A stretch of 64,000 nucleotides of DNA from a bacterium. Its GTDB lineage: Bacteria; Patescibacteriota; Minisyncoccia; Phycocordibacterales; JAKAEA01. The number at the start of each line of letters is the position of its first letter. Within the stretch, counting starts at the first letter, position 1. Of the stretch, positions 51,655-61,726 are shown piece after piece. The notes under the pieces were generated by a model that was not told the origin of the DNA, did no database searches, and was given only the letters and a program-made list of their open reading frames with translations. The stretch lies in contig JAKAEA010000001.1 of assembly GCA_021818465.1 (NCBI GenBank), positions 311,712 through 375,711 on the forward strand. The letters are read 5' to 3'. Position numbers and translations under genes: made by a program.

Positions 51655-51992
51655 TCATGGCGGATTACTACGACACAATGCAAGTGTGCGTGCGATGGGG
51701 GCACAAGACGACGGAATACTATAACCGAAGCCCGCAGTGGGGTGCCGACTTCTGTCCGCAATGCGGAAGCGCGACTACCATCGTGTGTGGAAAATGTGGG
51801 GCTAACATACGTGGTCACCATCATTTTGATGGTTTTTTCTCTGCCGTAGACACTAAAGTGCCTCTCAACTGCCATGCCTGCGGCGTAGCGTATTCATGGA
51901 AGTTTCGACACGTCGTAAGAAACTTCTTCAAGGCGTTAGTCGCACCCGTGAAGTACCTGATAGACGCCCTGGTGAGCGTTTTCAAGAAATGA
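51651..51992 (+). CDS. Small Cys-rich zinc-ribbon protein embedded between hsdM and hsdS (113 aa)
   Basis: GTG/ATG start overlapping hsdM stop, stop overlapping hsdS ATG (ATGA); three CxxC pairs (CPQCG, CGKCG, CHACG). Confidence 0.55.
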
Positions 51993-53155
51993 GCATGGCA
52001 ACTACCGAATGGAAAGAAACAACACTTGGTGATGTCTGCCTTGTTGAGAGTGGCGGGACTCCTTCGACAGCGAATAATACATACTGGAGTGGCTCGGTCT
52101 CTTGGATAACGCCTCGAGACCTGGCGTCACATGAAGGCCGTTGGATTGAACAAGGCGAAAAGAACATTACGGAAGAAGGGTTGCGAAACTCTTCTGCGCG
52201 CTTGCTGCCGAAAAACACCGTACTTTTTTCTTCGCGTGCTCCCATCGGTTATGTAGCAATCGCTGCACGAGAACTGGCAACGAATCAGGGTTTAAAGAAT
52301 CTTGTATGTGATGAGAAAGAGACGCATTACAAGTTTATCTACTATTGGCTGAAGGCGAACGTGCATGCTATCGAGCGACGGGCGTCTGGCTCTACTTTTG
52401 CTGAAGCGTCCGCGACGGTAATGAAAACACAGGAGGTGTTGCTTCCGCCACTTGACGAGCAGCGCTCCATTGCAACAGTGCTCTCTAGCTTGGACGACAA
52501 AATCGAACTCCTACGACGGCAGAATGAGACACTAGAGCAGATTGCGCAGGCGATTTTCAACGAGTGGTTCGTGAAGCCGACGAGTAAGCGCGTACCGCTT
52601 CGCGAGTTGGTTGAGTTCAACCCAGCCACACCACTCAAAAAAGGAACCGTTGCGGCCTATTTTGACATGGGTGCGCTACCGACCGTGGGCAGTTGGCCCG
52701 AAGAACCCATACAAAGACCCTTCGGCTCGGGGGCGAAGTTCCAAAATGGAGACACTCTGCTTGCACGCATTACTCCTTGTCTCGAAAATGGCAAGACCGC
52801 ATTTGTGCAGCGTCTAAAAAATGGTGAGGTTGCGTGGGGTTCAACTGAATTCATCGTAATCCGCCCAAACTCACCGCTACCGCCTACGTTTGGGTATTTG
52901 CTCGCCAGGAATCCTTCGTTTCGAGATTTTACTATACGCGCAATGACTGGCACGTCTGGTAGGCAGCGCGTACAGGTAGATATGCTGCTCGAATATGAGG
53001 TCTCAATGCCGAGCGACGATGTGATATCGGAGTTCTCTCATGCGGTCGAGGTCATATTCTCAAAAATAAAGAACAATGCCGAGCAAGCCGACACACTGGC
53101 AGCTACGCGCGATGCGCTGTTGCCGCGGCTGATGAGTGGCGAAATACGAGTATAA
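51989..53155 (+). CDS. hsdS: Type I restriction-modification system specificity subunit
   Basis: Two target-recognition domains separated by conserved central repeat (LDEQRSIATVLSSLDDKIELL), C-terminal conserved helix (LPRLMSGEIRV). Confidence 0.85.
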   Translation: MSMATTEWKETTLGDVCLVESGGTPSTANNTYWSGSVSWITPRDLASHEGRWIEQGEKNITEEGLRNSSARLLPKNTVLFSSRAPIGYVAIAARELATNQGLKNLVCDEKETHYKFIYYWLKANVHAIERRASGSTFAEASATVMKTQEVLLPPLDEQRSIATVLSSLDDKIELLRRQNETLEQIAQAIFNEWFVKPTSKRVPLRELVEFNPATPLKKGTVAAYFDMGALPTVGSWPEEPIQRPFGSGAKFQNGDTLLARITPCLENGKTAFVQRLKNGEVAWGSTEFIVIRPNSPLPPTFGYLLARNPSFRDFTIRAMTGTSGRQRVQVDMLLEYEVSMPSDDVISEFSHAVEVIFSKIKNNAEQADTLAATRDALLPRLMSGEIRV

Positions 53156-53157
53156 AT

Positions 53158-53856
53158 ATGAGAATAATCAAACTTTACTTCAGAATATTTTGGATACCCG
53201 TCCTCCTCCTTGTGGCGGCGGTTGGGTGCTGGATTTTTGTTCCCAGTACAATAGATGTTTTTGATGCTGGAGTATTAGGTACAGCATTTGGTGTAGGCAT
53301 ATCAATTTTTGCTGCTGAAGGAATGAAGAAAGTGTCCGAACATAAACGCGTCAAGAGAACATTCGTCTTTTTGAAGCTGATCACTATTCCGTATCTAAAG
53401 AATCAGGCAGAAAATATATCTGCCACATTGAATAAATACCGCGATTTATGCTCCATAGAACAAACGGTAGATTTTCTTACATTGGGTGCACATTTTGATG
53501 CCATTGCGACAAATTTTGACAAAAGTTGGCTCCAGTTGGTGTACTCCCAGGATTTTGTTGATGCTATAGAGTCTGACGACCACTTCAATAAATTGGCGAA
53601 TGCAATTCTTGAGGTGCTTCTATTCATTAAACAGGCGACAGGGCAATCAATTAACGCGAAAACACTTCTTATGATGAACAATATCTCCAACCTCAATGAT
53701 ATTCAGAAACAAGAGATGATGACTCGTGCAAAAAAGATAAGAGACGATCTTTTAGATAATGTTCAAAAGTTGGAAAAATATATAGGTAAACTTGACGAAG
53801 AAATAATCGCATTTTTGATCAAGAATGGAGCTACGTATAGCGAATTTGAAAGATAA
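53158..53856 (+). CDS. Hypothetical 2-TM membrane protein embedded between hsdS and hsdR (AT-rich)
   Basis: Start 2 nt after hsdS stop, stop 1 nt before hsdR ATG; two N-terminal TM helices then helical soluble domain; ~35% GC within ~60% GC operon. Confidence 0.55.
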   Translation: MRIIKLYFRIFWIPVLLLVAAVGCWIFVPSTIDVFDAGVLGTAFGVGISIFAAEGMKKVSEHKRVKRTFVFLKLITIPYLKNQAENISATLNKYRDLCSIEQTVDFLTLGAHFDAIATNFDKSWLQLVYSQDFVDAIESDDHFNKLANAILEVLLFIKQATGQSINAKTLLMMNNISNLNDIQKQEMMTRAKKIRDDLLDNVQKLEKYIGKLDEEIIAFLIKNGATYSEFER

Positions 53857-53857
53857 T

Positions 53858-56800
53858 ATGAACCGAATCTACGAAAGCGACATCGAGAAGTGGGCTATCG
53901 AGGCACTGGAACACCAGGGCTACACGTACCTCGCACCCGAGACGCAGGAGGCCGAGCGCGGTGACCTGCACGACGTCGTGCTCGCGGGGCGGTTGCGCGA
54001 GGCCGTGGCACGACTCAACCCTAGAGTGCCCGAAGACGCGCGCGAGGACGCGGTCAAAAAAGTGCTCGCGCTTTCGTCATCGCCGCACTTGATAGAGGCA
54101 AACGAGGAGTTCCAGCGGATGCTCACTGATGGCGTGAGCGTGTCTTCCTACGCTGATGGCGAACAACGTGGCGAGGTCGTCCGCGTCATCGACTTCGCAG
54201 ATCCGCGCAATAACGACCTCGTGGTGGCCAACCAGTTCTCGGTACTCCACGACAACACTAGCAAGCGCCCCGACGTGGTACTCATCGTCAACGGCCTGCC
54301 TCTCGTCGTCATCGAGCTAAAGAACCCGACGGATGAGAACGCGACCGTGCACAAGGCGTACCAGCAGCTCGACAACTACAAGCGAGCCATTCCGCAGCTG
54401 TTCGCCTACAACAGCGTCCTGGTGGCCTCTGACGGCATAGACGCGAAGGCAGGGGCGCTCACGAGCCCGTGGGAGCGCTTCGCTATCTGGCGTGCGCCCG
54501 AGGGTAAGCGCGAGAAGGAAAAGACGACGCCGCAGATGCAGGTGCTCGTCGAGGAGATGCTCCAGCCCGAGGTGCTGCTCGACGTGGTGCGCAGCTTTAC
54601 GGTCTTTGAGAAGACGCGCCGCGAGGATGCGAAAACAGGTCAGACCATCGTGGAAACCATCAAGAAAATCGCGCAGTATCACCAATACTACGTGGTCAAT
54701 AAAGCGGTCGCTTCGACGACTAAGGCCACCGCAGAACATGGCGAGCGCAAAATCGGCGTCGTATGGCATACGCAGGGTTCGGGCAAGTCGCTCTCGATGG
54801 TGTTCTACACGGGCAAGGTCGTGCTCGCGCTCGATAACCCGACGGTGGTGGTGCTCACTGACCGCAACGACCTCGACGACCAGCTCTTCGAGACGTTTGC
54901 TGGTGCTCGCGACCTCTTGCGCCAGGAGCCCGTGCAGGCCGAAAGCCGCGAACACCTGAAGAAGCTTTTGCAGACGGCTGGTGGCGGCATCATCTTCACC
55001 ACCATTCAGAAGTTCTTCCCCGAGGACGGCGGGAGCACGTATGACGAGCTGTCCGACCGCAAGAACATCGTCGTCGTTGCGGACGAGGCGCACCGCAGCC
55101 AGTACGGCTTCGCGGCGCGAACGGTCTTCAAGAACGACGAGGCCATCACGCGCTACGGCAGCGCCAAGTACCTGCGCGACGCACTCCCGAACGCCTCGTT
55201 CATCGGCTTCACGGGTACGCCTATCGAGAAGGAGGACAAGTCCACGCTCGCTGTTTTCGGCGAGTATCTCGACGTGTACGACATCCAGCGTGCGGTCGAA
55301 GACAAAGCAACCGTTCCCATCTACTACGAGAGCCGTTTGGTGAAGGTGCACCTGCCCGACGACAAGAAAGCGGAGATGGACGAAGACGTGGAGGCGGTGG
55401 CCGAGGGCATCGAGTTTTCAGCAAAGGAGAAAGCCAAAGCGAAGTGGGCGCAGCTCGAAGCCATCGTCGGTAATCGCGAGCGAATCAAAGAGGTCGCTCG
55501 CGACCTGGTGGAGCACTTTGAGACGCGGCAAGAGGTCTTCACGGGCAAAGCGATGGTCGTGGCGATGAGCCGTCGTATCGCGGTGGAGCTGTACGAGGAG
55601 ATTGTCGCGCTCCGTCCCGAGTGGCACAGCACCGATTTGGATAAGGGCAAAATCAAGGTGGTGATGTCGGCGAGTTCGAGCGACCCGAAAGAGTTCCAGC
55701 AGCACCACACGAACAAGCCCGACCGCCGCAAGCTCGCGGAGCGTTTCAAAGACCCTACCAACCCGCTCCAGCTCGTCATCGTGCGTGACATGTGGCTCAC
55801 GGGCTTCGACGTGCCGTGCCTGCACACGATGTACGTGGACAAGCTCATGGAGGGCCACAATCTCATGCAAGCCATCGCTCGCGTCAATCGCGTCTATAAA
55901 GACAAGCCAGGCGGTCTCATCGTGGACTACATCGGCTTTGCCTCCGACTTGCAGAAAGCGCTCGCCGTCTACACCGAGAGCGGCGGCAAGGGCGACCCGA
56001 CCATCACGCAGAAGAAAGCCATCGAGGTGATGCAGGAGAAGTACGAGGTGGTGAAGCAGATGTTCCATGGCTTCGACTACCAGCGCTACTTCGCCGCCGA
56101 CACGCACGCGAAGCTCGGCATTATCCTCGAGGCGCAGGAGCACATTCTCGCGCAAGACCAAGACGACGAAGGCGCGTCAGGCAAGGAAAAGAAGAAAACC
56201 AGCGCCAAAGAGCGGTTCGTGCGGGAGGTTATGGCGCTGTCGCAGTCGTTTGCGCTTGCGGTGCCGAGCGAGGCGGCGATGGAGATACGCGACGAGGTTG
56301 CGTTCTTCCAGGCAATCAAGGCACGGCTTGTGAAGTTTGAGCCCGAGGGCGCACCTGGCACCGAGAACATCGGTACCGCTATTCGCCAAATCGTCGATCA
56401 GGCACTCGTGGCCGAGGGTGTCGTGGACATCTTTGCTGCGGCAGGCGTGCAGAAGCCCGACCTCTCCGTTCTCTCGGACGAGTTCCTCGCCGAGGTGCAA
56501 GGCATGAAGCATCGCAACCTGGCGATGGAGTTGCTGCGCAAGATTTTGAACGACGAGATAAAGCTACGCCTGCGCCGCAACGCGCTCCAGGGCAAGAAGC
56601 TCTCGGAGATGCTCGATAAGACCATCAAGAAGTATCAAAACAACCTGCTCACGGCCTCCGAGGTCATCCAAGAGCTCATCGAGCTGGCAAAGCAGATACG
56701 GCAGGAAGACGCCCGCGGCACGCAACTCGGCCTCTCTGACGACGAGGTGGCCTTCTACGATGCGCTGGCCGAAAACGAGAGCGCCCGCGAGGTGCTGGGC

Positions 56801-57064
56801 GATGAACAGCTGCGCGACCTCGCCCGTGTCCTCGTCGACAAGGTGCGCAAGAACACCTCGATTGACTGGACTATCCGTGAGAACGTACAAGCCCGCCTGC
56901 GCGTCTTGGTGAAGCGCACGCTCAACCAGTACGGCTATCCGCCCGATAAGCAGGCCATCGCCACCGAGACCGTGCTGAAGCAGGCTGAACTATTCGCCGA
57001 CGAGTGGGATGATTCTAGTTTGGATACTGTACAAAAAATTACTTCAGAGACTTTAAAGAAATAA
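53858..57064 (+). CDS. hsdR: Type I restriction enzyme R subunit
   Basis: N-terminal nuclease/HsdR_N region, SF2 helicase motifs (GSGKS Walker A, DEAHRSQ), 1068 aa. Confidence 0.9.
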   Translation: MNRIYESDIEKWAIEALEHQGYTYLAPETQEAERGDLHDVVLAGRLREAVARLNPRVPEDAREDAVKKVLALSSSPHLIEANEEFQRMLTDGVSVSSYADGEQRGEVVRVIDFADPRNNDLVVANQFSVLHDNTSKRPDVVLIVNGLPLVVIELKNPTDENATVHKAYQQLDNYKRAIPQLFAYNSVLVASDGIDAKAGALTSPWERFAIWRAPEGKREKEKTTPQMQVLVEEMLQPEVLLDVVRSFTVFEKTRREDAKTGQTIVETIKKIAQYHQYYVVNKAVASTTKATAEHGERKIGVVWHTQGSGKSLSMVFYTGKVVLALDNPTVVVLTDRNDLDDQLFETFAGARDLLRQEPVQAESREHLKKLLQTAGGGIIFTTIQKFFPEDGGSTYDELSDRKNIVVVADEAHRSQYGFAARTVFKNDEAITRYGSAKYLRDALPNASFIGFTGTPIEKEDKSTLAVFGEYLDVYDIQRAVEDKATVPIYYESRLVKVHLPDDKKAEMDEDVEAVAEGIEFSAKEKAKAKWAQLEAIVGNRERIKEVARDLVEHFETRQEVFTGKAMVVAMSRRIAVELYEEIVALRPEWHSTDLDKGKIKVVMSASSSDPKEFQQHHTNKPDRRKLAERFKDPTNPLQLVIVRDMWLTGFDVPCLHTMYVDKLMEGHNLMQAIARVNRVYKDKPGGLIVDYIGFASDLQKALAVYTESGGKGDPTITQKKAIEVMQEKYEVVKQMFHGFDYQRYFAADTHAKLGIILEAQEHILAQDQDDEGASGKEKKKTSAKERFVREVMALSQSFALAVPSEAAMEIRDEVAFFQAIKARLVKFEPEGAPGTENIGTAIRQIVDQALVAEGVVDIFAAAGVQKPDLSVLSDEFLAEVQGMKHRNLAMELLRKILNDEIKLRLRRNALQGKKLSEMLDKTIKKYQNNLLTASEVIQELIELAKQIRQEDARGTQLGLSDDEVAFYDALAENESAREVLGDEQLRDLARVLVDKVRKNTSIDWTIRENVQARLRVLVKRTLNQYGYPPDKQAIATETVLKQAELFADEWDDSSLDTVQKITSETLKK

Positions 57065-57148
57065 AAAACTACTTCCTAAGCCCTATATTTTCTTTAGAAA
57101 ATCTTCATAAAAAGTTTATATTAAATAATTCTTGCACCCAAGATCCTC

Positions 57149-57170
57149 CCATAATCTAATACGATTATGG
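57149..57170. promoter_or_regulatory. Perfect 8-bp inverted repeat CCATAATC-N6-GATTATGG
   Basis: Located ~85 nt after hsdR stop and ~170 nt upstream of next operon; operator- or terminator-like. Confidence 0.3.
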
Positions 57171-57337
57171 CGGTCGAAATCAGTACTCGAATTGCGGTAA
57201 AAAGCTAATGATGTTGCCGTTGAGTTATTCTTTATATGATGTGCAGTGCACGAGTTGTTCTTTCCACGCTCAAATTAAGACAAATTCAAGTTTTTACTTT
57301 GTTAAAAAGATAATCGCGGATTTTGCTATACTACCCC

Positions 57338-57496
57338 CATGGGCTGGTTCATATTCATCGCCTTCATTTGTTTTCTCATTGTGCTGGGAGTGGTGCTGGG
57401 TAAAGACCCTATAAAGTTCACGATTGGGACGCTCGTGGTTCTTATGGCGTTGGCCTTTGTGGTTATAGCGTTTTACGTGCTTAAATCTGTGTTATG
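57338..57496 (+). CDS. Small membrane protein (52 aa, two hydrophobic helices)
   Basis: Not in ORF track (below 60 aa); preceded by extended -10 TGCTATACT; stop overlaps next gene start (ATGA). Confidence 0.45.
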
Positions 57497-58033
57497 ATTA
57501 TAAATATCATGTTCATCTGGATTATTGTCGCAATTTTGCTCTTTGTGCTGGTTGTTGTAATGGCGACCAACGTGGTGGCGGGAGGCCGTAGGCGGAGGGG
57601 TGGCTATACCTACAAAAAAGCTGATTGTGTTATGACGCAATCAGAAAAAATATGTTTTGAAGCGTTACAGAAAGCGGCGGGGAATACGTATTATATTTTC
57701 CCCCAGATGCACTTATCGGCCATTTTAAATCACAAAATCAACAGGCAGAGTTGGTATGGAGCCTTTCGGCATATTAATGGGAAATCGGTTGACTTTGTTT
57801 TGTGCGATAAGGTGATGCTCAAGCCGATGTTAGTTGTTGAACTGGATGACAGAACGCACGAGCGGCGTGATAGGCATATACGAGACAGAGAAGTAGAACG
57901 GATACTTAAAGAGGCTGATGTGCCGCTACTGCGGCTTTCGACCGTGTCGCCGCAAGACCCACTGGCTGTGGCGATTAATGGGGCAATAACGAGAACGTCA
58001 ATTGACCACGTGATGGGTTCTCAGGGGGTTTGA
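57494..58033 (+). CDS. DUF2726 domain protein (restriction-endonuclease-like fold) with N-terminal TM helix
   Basis: EKICFEAL...YIFPQMHLSAIL...GKSVDFVLCDK...PMLVVELDDRTHE matches DUF2726/PD-(D/E)xK-like pattern. Confidence 0.6.
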   Translation: MIINIMFIWIIVAILLFVLVVVMATNVVAGGRRRRGGYTYKKADCVMTQSEKICFEALQKAAGNTYYIFPQMHLSAILNHKINRQSWYGAFRHINGKSVDFVLCDKVMLKPMLVVELDDRTHERRDRHIRDREVERILKEADVPLLRLSTVSPQDPLAVAINGAITRTSIDHVMGSQGV

Positions 58034-58078
58034 AAGAATTTCACAAATACTTTATCTCCGGGTGGTATACTCCGCTCA

Positions 58079-58783
58079 ATGGATGCGGAATCGTTAAAAT
58101 TGGAACAACAGGCATACGATTTTATTGCTCATAGTGGGAGTGAGCTTGTTAAGCGTTTCGCCGACCCAACAATATATAAGCCAGTAGAGCGACCAGTCTC
58201 GCTTTTTATGGCCGGCTCGTCGGGGGCAGGAAAGACGGAAGTCTCTATAGGTTTAGTTAAACGTTTTACCACGAGGCCGATCCGGATTGATGCTGACGAA
58301 ATTCGGCAACTGTGTCCGGGGTATACTGGTGGCAATGCTCATGTATTTCAGAAGGCAGCTACCAAGGGCGTAAACATGCTTTTTGACTATGCACTTCATA
58401 AAAATATCCACGCCATCCTTGACGGCACGTTCGCGTATGCTGACGCGCCAAAGAATATTGAACGTTCATTGAAACATAACAGGATTGTCGAATTGTGGTT
58501 TGTGTATCAAGACCCTTTAGTGGCATGGGAGTTTACCAAAGTAAGAGAAATAAAAGAATGTCGTCATGTAGATAAGGATATCTTCATTAGAGGTTTCTTC
58601 AACGCAAAAGCCAATGCAATAAATGTTAAAACAGCTTTTGGAAGCAACCTTACGCTTAATTTACTCGTAAAGAACATCGACAATACTGACGGTGAGTTGT
58701 TTTTGAACATTCAAGCAAACGACCTTGACCATCGAATTGGGCAGGTATACACTGAGGGTGAATTGCGAGGACTATTACTATGA
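58079..58783 (+). CDS. Zeta-toxin-like P-loop kinase
   Basis: Walker A FMAGSSGAGKT, overall zeta_toxin/AAA_33 pattern, ~234 aa. Confidence 0.6.
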   Translation: MDAESLKLEQQAYDFIAHSGSELVKRFADPTIYKPVERPVSLFMAGSSGAGKTEVSIGLVKRFTTRPIRIDADEIRQLCPGYTGGNAHVFQKAATKGVNMLFDYALHKNIHAILDGTFAYADAPKNIERSLKHNRIVELWFVYQDPLVAWEFTKVREIKECRHVDKDIFIRGFFNAKANAINVKTAFGSNLTLNLLVKNIDNTDGELFLNIQANDLDHRIGQVYTEGELRGLLL

Positions 58784-58977
58784 TGAAATTTTTTAAGAAT
58801 ATAACCGGCAGATTGACCGGAAAAAAAGCTGTCGCGACGGAAAAAGACGACTTTGCCGATTTCTTTTTAAATGCTAAATCGGCGGAAAAAACGAAGATAC
58901 TCCGACAAGTGATGAGGGAAGCAATAGCGGAACAAAAAGCGGTTATGGAAAAATATAATAATAGGGCGAAAGTTTGA
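58780..58977 (+). CDS. Small hypothetical protein coupled to zeta-like kinase (65 aa)
   Basis: ATGA overlap with upstream stop; Lys/Glu-rich helical. Confidence 0.4.
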   Translation: MMKFFKNITGRLTGKKAVATEKDDFADFFLNAKSAEKTKILRQVMREAIAEQKAVMEKYNNRAKV

Positions 58978-59046
58978 TATTATTGAATTCCGTAACATTT
59001 TAAATTAGTAGTTGTTATTCTAGGTTGTTAGTACATATATACCCCC

Positions 59047-59253
59047 ATGCAAAACGAATATGATGCGGACGAGCTGCGCGACATCGCCGACATTATGGAT
59101 GAGGTGGGGGTGGACGCGGATCGGGCGGAGGAAATCAAGGAATTGAAGGAGAGTCACAATCTCGATACCGAGCAGGCGGCCCGGGCTAAGGAGCTCATGG
59201 ACGATGATGGATTAGACGAGGACACGGCGGCGGCGCTTTGTGATTTTCTATAA
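59047..59253 (+). CDS. Small acidic protein, family member 1 (68 aa)
   Basis: Shares C-terminal motif EL.ES..L..E.A.R.K.L.D.DGLDE..A with 60282..60632 and 60677..60949. Confidence 0.5.
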   Translation: MQNEYDADELRDIADIMDEVGVDADRAEEIKELKESHNLDTEQAARAKELMDDDGLDEDTAAALCDFL

Positions 59254-59298
59254 CCTGCGATCGCTTCGGTAGGAGAGTGATATACTAAATACTTTAAA

Positions 59299-59781
59299 AT
59301 GAATAAACGATCTCTTTTTGCTCTCGTTATTTTTATTCTTAGCACCGAGGCGGTGGGGATGCTGGGTGCCTTGGCGACGACGCCGAATATTGCCACTTGG
59401 TATGCGGGATTGGTAAAGCCGATGTTGACGCCTCCAGGCTGGGTTTTCGGGCCGGTGTGGGTGACGCTCTATCTGCTCATGGGCATTGCGATGTTTTTGG
59501 TGTGGCGAAGGAGGGGTATTGGTTCTCGGCGCGATTGGTGGTTGGCACGGATTTTTTATTCGGTTCAGCTAATGCTCAATTTGCTGTGGTCCATTGTCTT
59601 TTTTGGTTTGCACAATAGTAGCGGAGGCTTGGGGGTGATTGCGACGCTGTGGATGCTGATTCTTTTGACGATCATCTTTTTCGGGCGAGTTTCCAGGGCA
59701 GCGGCTTGGCTTTTGGTGCCATATATTGTTTGGGTGAGTTTCGCAATGTATTTGAATCTGGGAATTTGGTTATGTAATTAA
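59299..59781 (+). CDS. tspO: TspO/MBR family tryptophan-rich sensory protein
   Basis: Five TM helices, Trp-rich, WYAGLVKP..PPGWVFGPVW and LNLLWS motifs. Confidence 0.8.
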   Translation: MNKRSLFALVIFILSTEAVGMLGALATTPNIATWYAGLVKPMLTPPGWVFGPVWVTLYLLMGIAMFLVWRRRGIGSRRDWWLARIFYSVQLMLNLLWSIVFFGLHNSSGGLGVIATLWMLILLTIIFFGRVSRAAAWLLVPYIVWVSFAMYLNLGIWLCN

Positions 59782-59786
59782 GGCCG

Positions 59787-60194
59787 GTGTTTATTTTTCA
59801 TCATCTTCGTTTGAGGCTTCGACGGCGCGCGATACGGCGGCCGAATGCTCGCGCTCGGGCTCATTTCTTGGCGCATAAGGAGCGGGCGCGGGAATTAGTA
59901 GCTCGGAAGATCCCCGAGCTTAATGCGCTGCCGGGCTATGGCTTTGCGGTCGGCCGCGTAGCGATACGAAATCAAAAAAGTCGCTGGGGAAGTTGCTCGG
60001 CCAGGGGGAATTTAAATTTTAATTATCGGGTGGCTTTCTTGCCGGAGCGGCTGGTGGATTACGTGGTGGTGCACGAGCTGTGCCATTTGCGGGAGCTTAA
60101 CCATTCAGCGGCGTTTTGGGCGCTGGTGGCGCAGGCGGTGCCGGATTGGCGGGTGAAGCGGCGGGAGTTGCGGATGATTGAGCGCTCTTTTTAG
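59787..60194 (+). CDS. YgjP-like (DUF45/WLM) metal-dependent hydrolase, short form
   Basis: HELCHLRELNHSAAFWALV (HExxH...NHS) C-terminal signature. Confidence 0.6.
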   Translation: MFIFHHLRLRLRRRAIRRPNARARAHFLAHKERARELVARKIPELNALPGYGFAVGRVAIRNQKSRWGSCSARGNLNFNYRVAFLPERLVDYVVVHELCHLRELNHSAAFWALVAQAVPDWRVKRRELRMIERSF

Positions 60195-60281
60195 TGCTTT
60201 TTGTTGTGTAGTAAAATCTTTTTCAAGAGTAATCCACAGCAACTCTGGCACGGCGATATATATTTGTTAGACTAGCGGCAT

Positions 60282-60632
60282 ATGAAAAATAATTTTAGAC
60301 AAAATAACGACGAGGAGTTTGCAGATGAAGAAGAAAACGAAAAGATCGGCACCGATGCTTCCGATGAGGCTGACGCGGACGATGCGGATGACGATGCGGA
60401 TGATGAAACTGATGCAGATGACGAGGATGGTGCAGATGACGAAGATTCCGCTGAAGATGATATGAGTGACGACGCTGCGGATGATGCTGAAGAAACCGAT
60501 GAAGAACTGGCCGAGCTCATGGAATCCTATGACTTGAGCGAAGAGGATGCCCAACGGGTAAAAAAACTGATTGATGAAGATGGTCTTGATGAGCGCGACG
60601 CGGTTGACATGATCGAAGAAAACTTGGATTAA
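60282..60632 (+). CDS. Highly acidic Asp/Glu-rich protein, family member 2 (116 aa)
   Basis: ~45% D/E with (DADD)n tract; C-terminal conserved helical motif shared with 59047 and 60677 genes. Confidence 0.5.
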   Translation: MKNNFRQNNDEEFADEEENEKIGTDASDEADADDADDDADDETDADDEDGADDEDSAEDDMSDDAADDAEETDEELAELMESYDLSEEDAQRVKKLIDEDGLDERDAVDMIEENLD

Positions 60633-60676
60633 AATTTTTCCTGTAAGTATTTGCACAGCGCGCCGTCATTGCCGCG

Positions 60677-60949
60677 GTGATAACCCATGATTTTAAAAAA
60701 GAAGATGCGCCGGTGTTGGCGGAACATATTCCTGATTACGACATTGATGCAGATGATGAAAGCCAGCAGCCCGCCGTGCGCGTAGAAGAAGATTTAAGCG
60801 CGGGTATTAGTGATCCCATTATTTTTGAACTGATGGATGCCTACGGCTTAGATGACGAGCAGGCCTTTGATGTGCGGACGATGATTGTCCGTTGGGGAAT
60901 TGATGAAGAAGAGGCGGTGGAACGGGTGCGCAACGCTTCACGTTTGTAA
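60677..60949 (+). CDS. Acidic protein, family member 3 (90 aa)
   Basis: ELMDAYGLDDEQAFDVRTMIVRWGIDEEEAVE motif homologous to other two. Confidence 0.45.
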   Translation: MITHDFKKEDAPVLAEHIPDYDIDADDESQQPAVRVEEDLSAGISDPIIFELMDAYGLDDEQAFDVRTMIVRWGIDEEEAVERVRNASRL

Positions 60950-60968
60950 GCGATCGTTTACTTCATTT

Positions 60969-61685
60969 TTATTTCCAGATGATTTCAGCGGGGCCGGTGG
61001 CGCCGTTTTGTAGTGCTTCCAAAATTTTTTCGGCGACGAGTTCGGCGGAATCGGGGGTGGGCATAGTGACGCGATTACGTGGCACCATGTGCTCCATGCC
61101 GCTCGCACGGCGTGAGTTTTTGCCAAAATCAGTGGCGGTCATGCCAGGGTGGACAAGTGTGACGACGATGTTATCGGGAGCTAGTTCGGCACGCGCCGTG
61201 AGGGAAAGAGCGTTTAAAGCATACTTAGTAGAGGCATAACCGCCGAGGTTAGGAATGGCATTTTTAGAAACCATAGAGCTGATATTGATAATGCTGCCAC
61301 CACCTTGCGCACGCATTATAGGAATAACGCTTTGCATAGCAACCAGTGGTCCAACGACGTTCAAGTGCCATACGGCGGCGTAATCGTTGAGATCGATACG
61401 TTCGAGAGGTCCGTAGAGACCTTGGCCGGCATTATTGATGAGCGTATCGATGCGACCAAAATGCTTTTGCACGGTGGCAATCATGTGTTGAATATCGGTG
61501 GGCTTACTCATATCAGCGACCACGGCGAGCGAGCTGGGTAGCTCCTTTTCTAAGGCTGCGAGTTTGGCCGGCGAGCGAGCCACGAGAGCAACGCGAGCGC
61601 CCTTTTGACTAAGGAGGCGCGCAGTGGCTTCGCCGATACCAGCGGATGCGCCCGTGACGATGATTGTGGTGTTTGTTATGTTCAT
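60969..61685 (-). CDS. Short-chain dehydrogenase/reductase (SDR)
   Basis: TGASAGIG Rossmann motif, NNAG, catalytic S..Y...K (SSMVS...YASTKYAL). Confidence 0.8.
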   Translation of the reverse strand: MNITNTTIIVTGASAGIGEATARLLSQKGARVALVARSPAKLAALEKELPSSLAVVADMSKPTDIQHMIATVQKHFGRIDTLINNAGQGLYGPLERIDLNDYAAVWHLNVVGPLVAMQSVIPIMRAQGGGSIINISSMVSKNAIPNLGGYASTKYALNALSLTARAELAPDNIVVTLVHPGMTATDFGKNSRRASGMEHMVPRNRVTMPTPDSAELVAEKILEALQNGATGPAEIIWK

Positions 61686-61726
61686 GCTCTGTAGTATACA
61701 GTTTTTTGCATTGTGGGTGAATGGTA

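Noticed and set aside
54317-55351. 344-aa ORF on the minus strand inside hsdR, plus many other ORFs of 60-250 aa antisense to or out of frame with hsdM/hsdR (e.g. 54492..54959, 55418..56161, 50148..50633, 50724..51425)
   Set aside because: High-GC coding DNA yields long spurious ORFs. They are Arg/Ala/Ser-rich with no motifs and are fully nested in genes with strong domain evidence.
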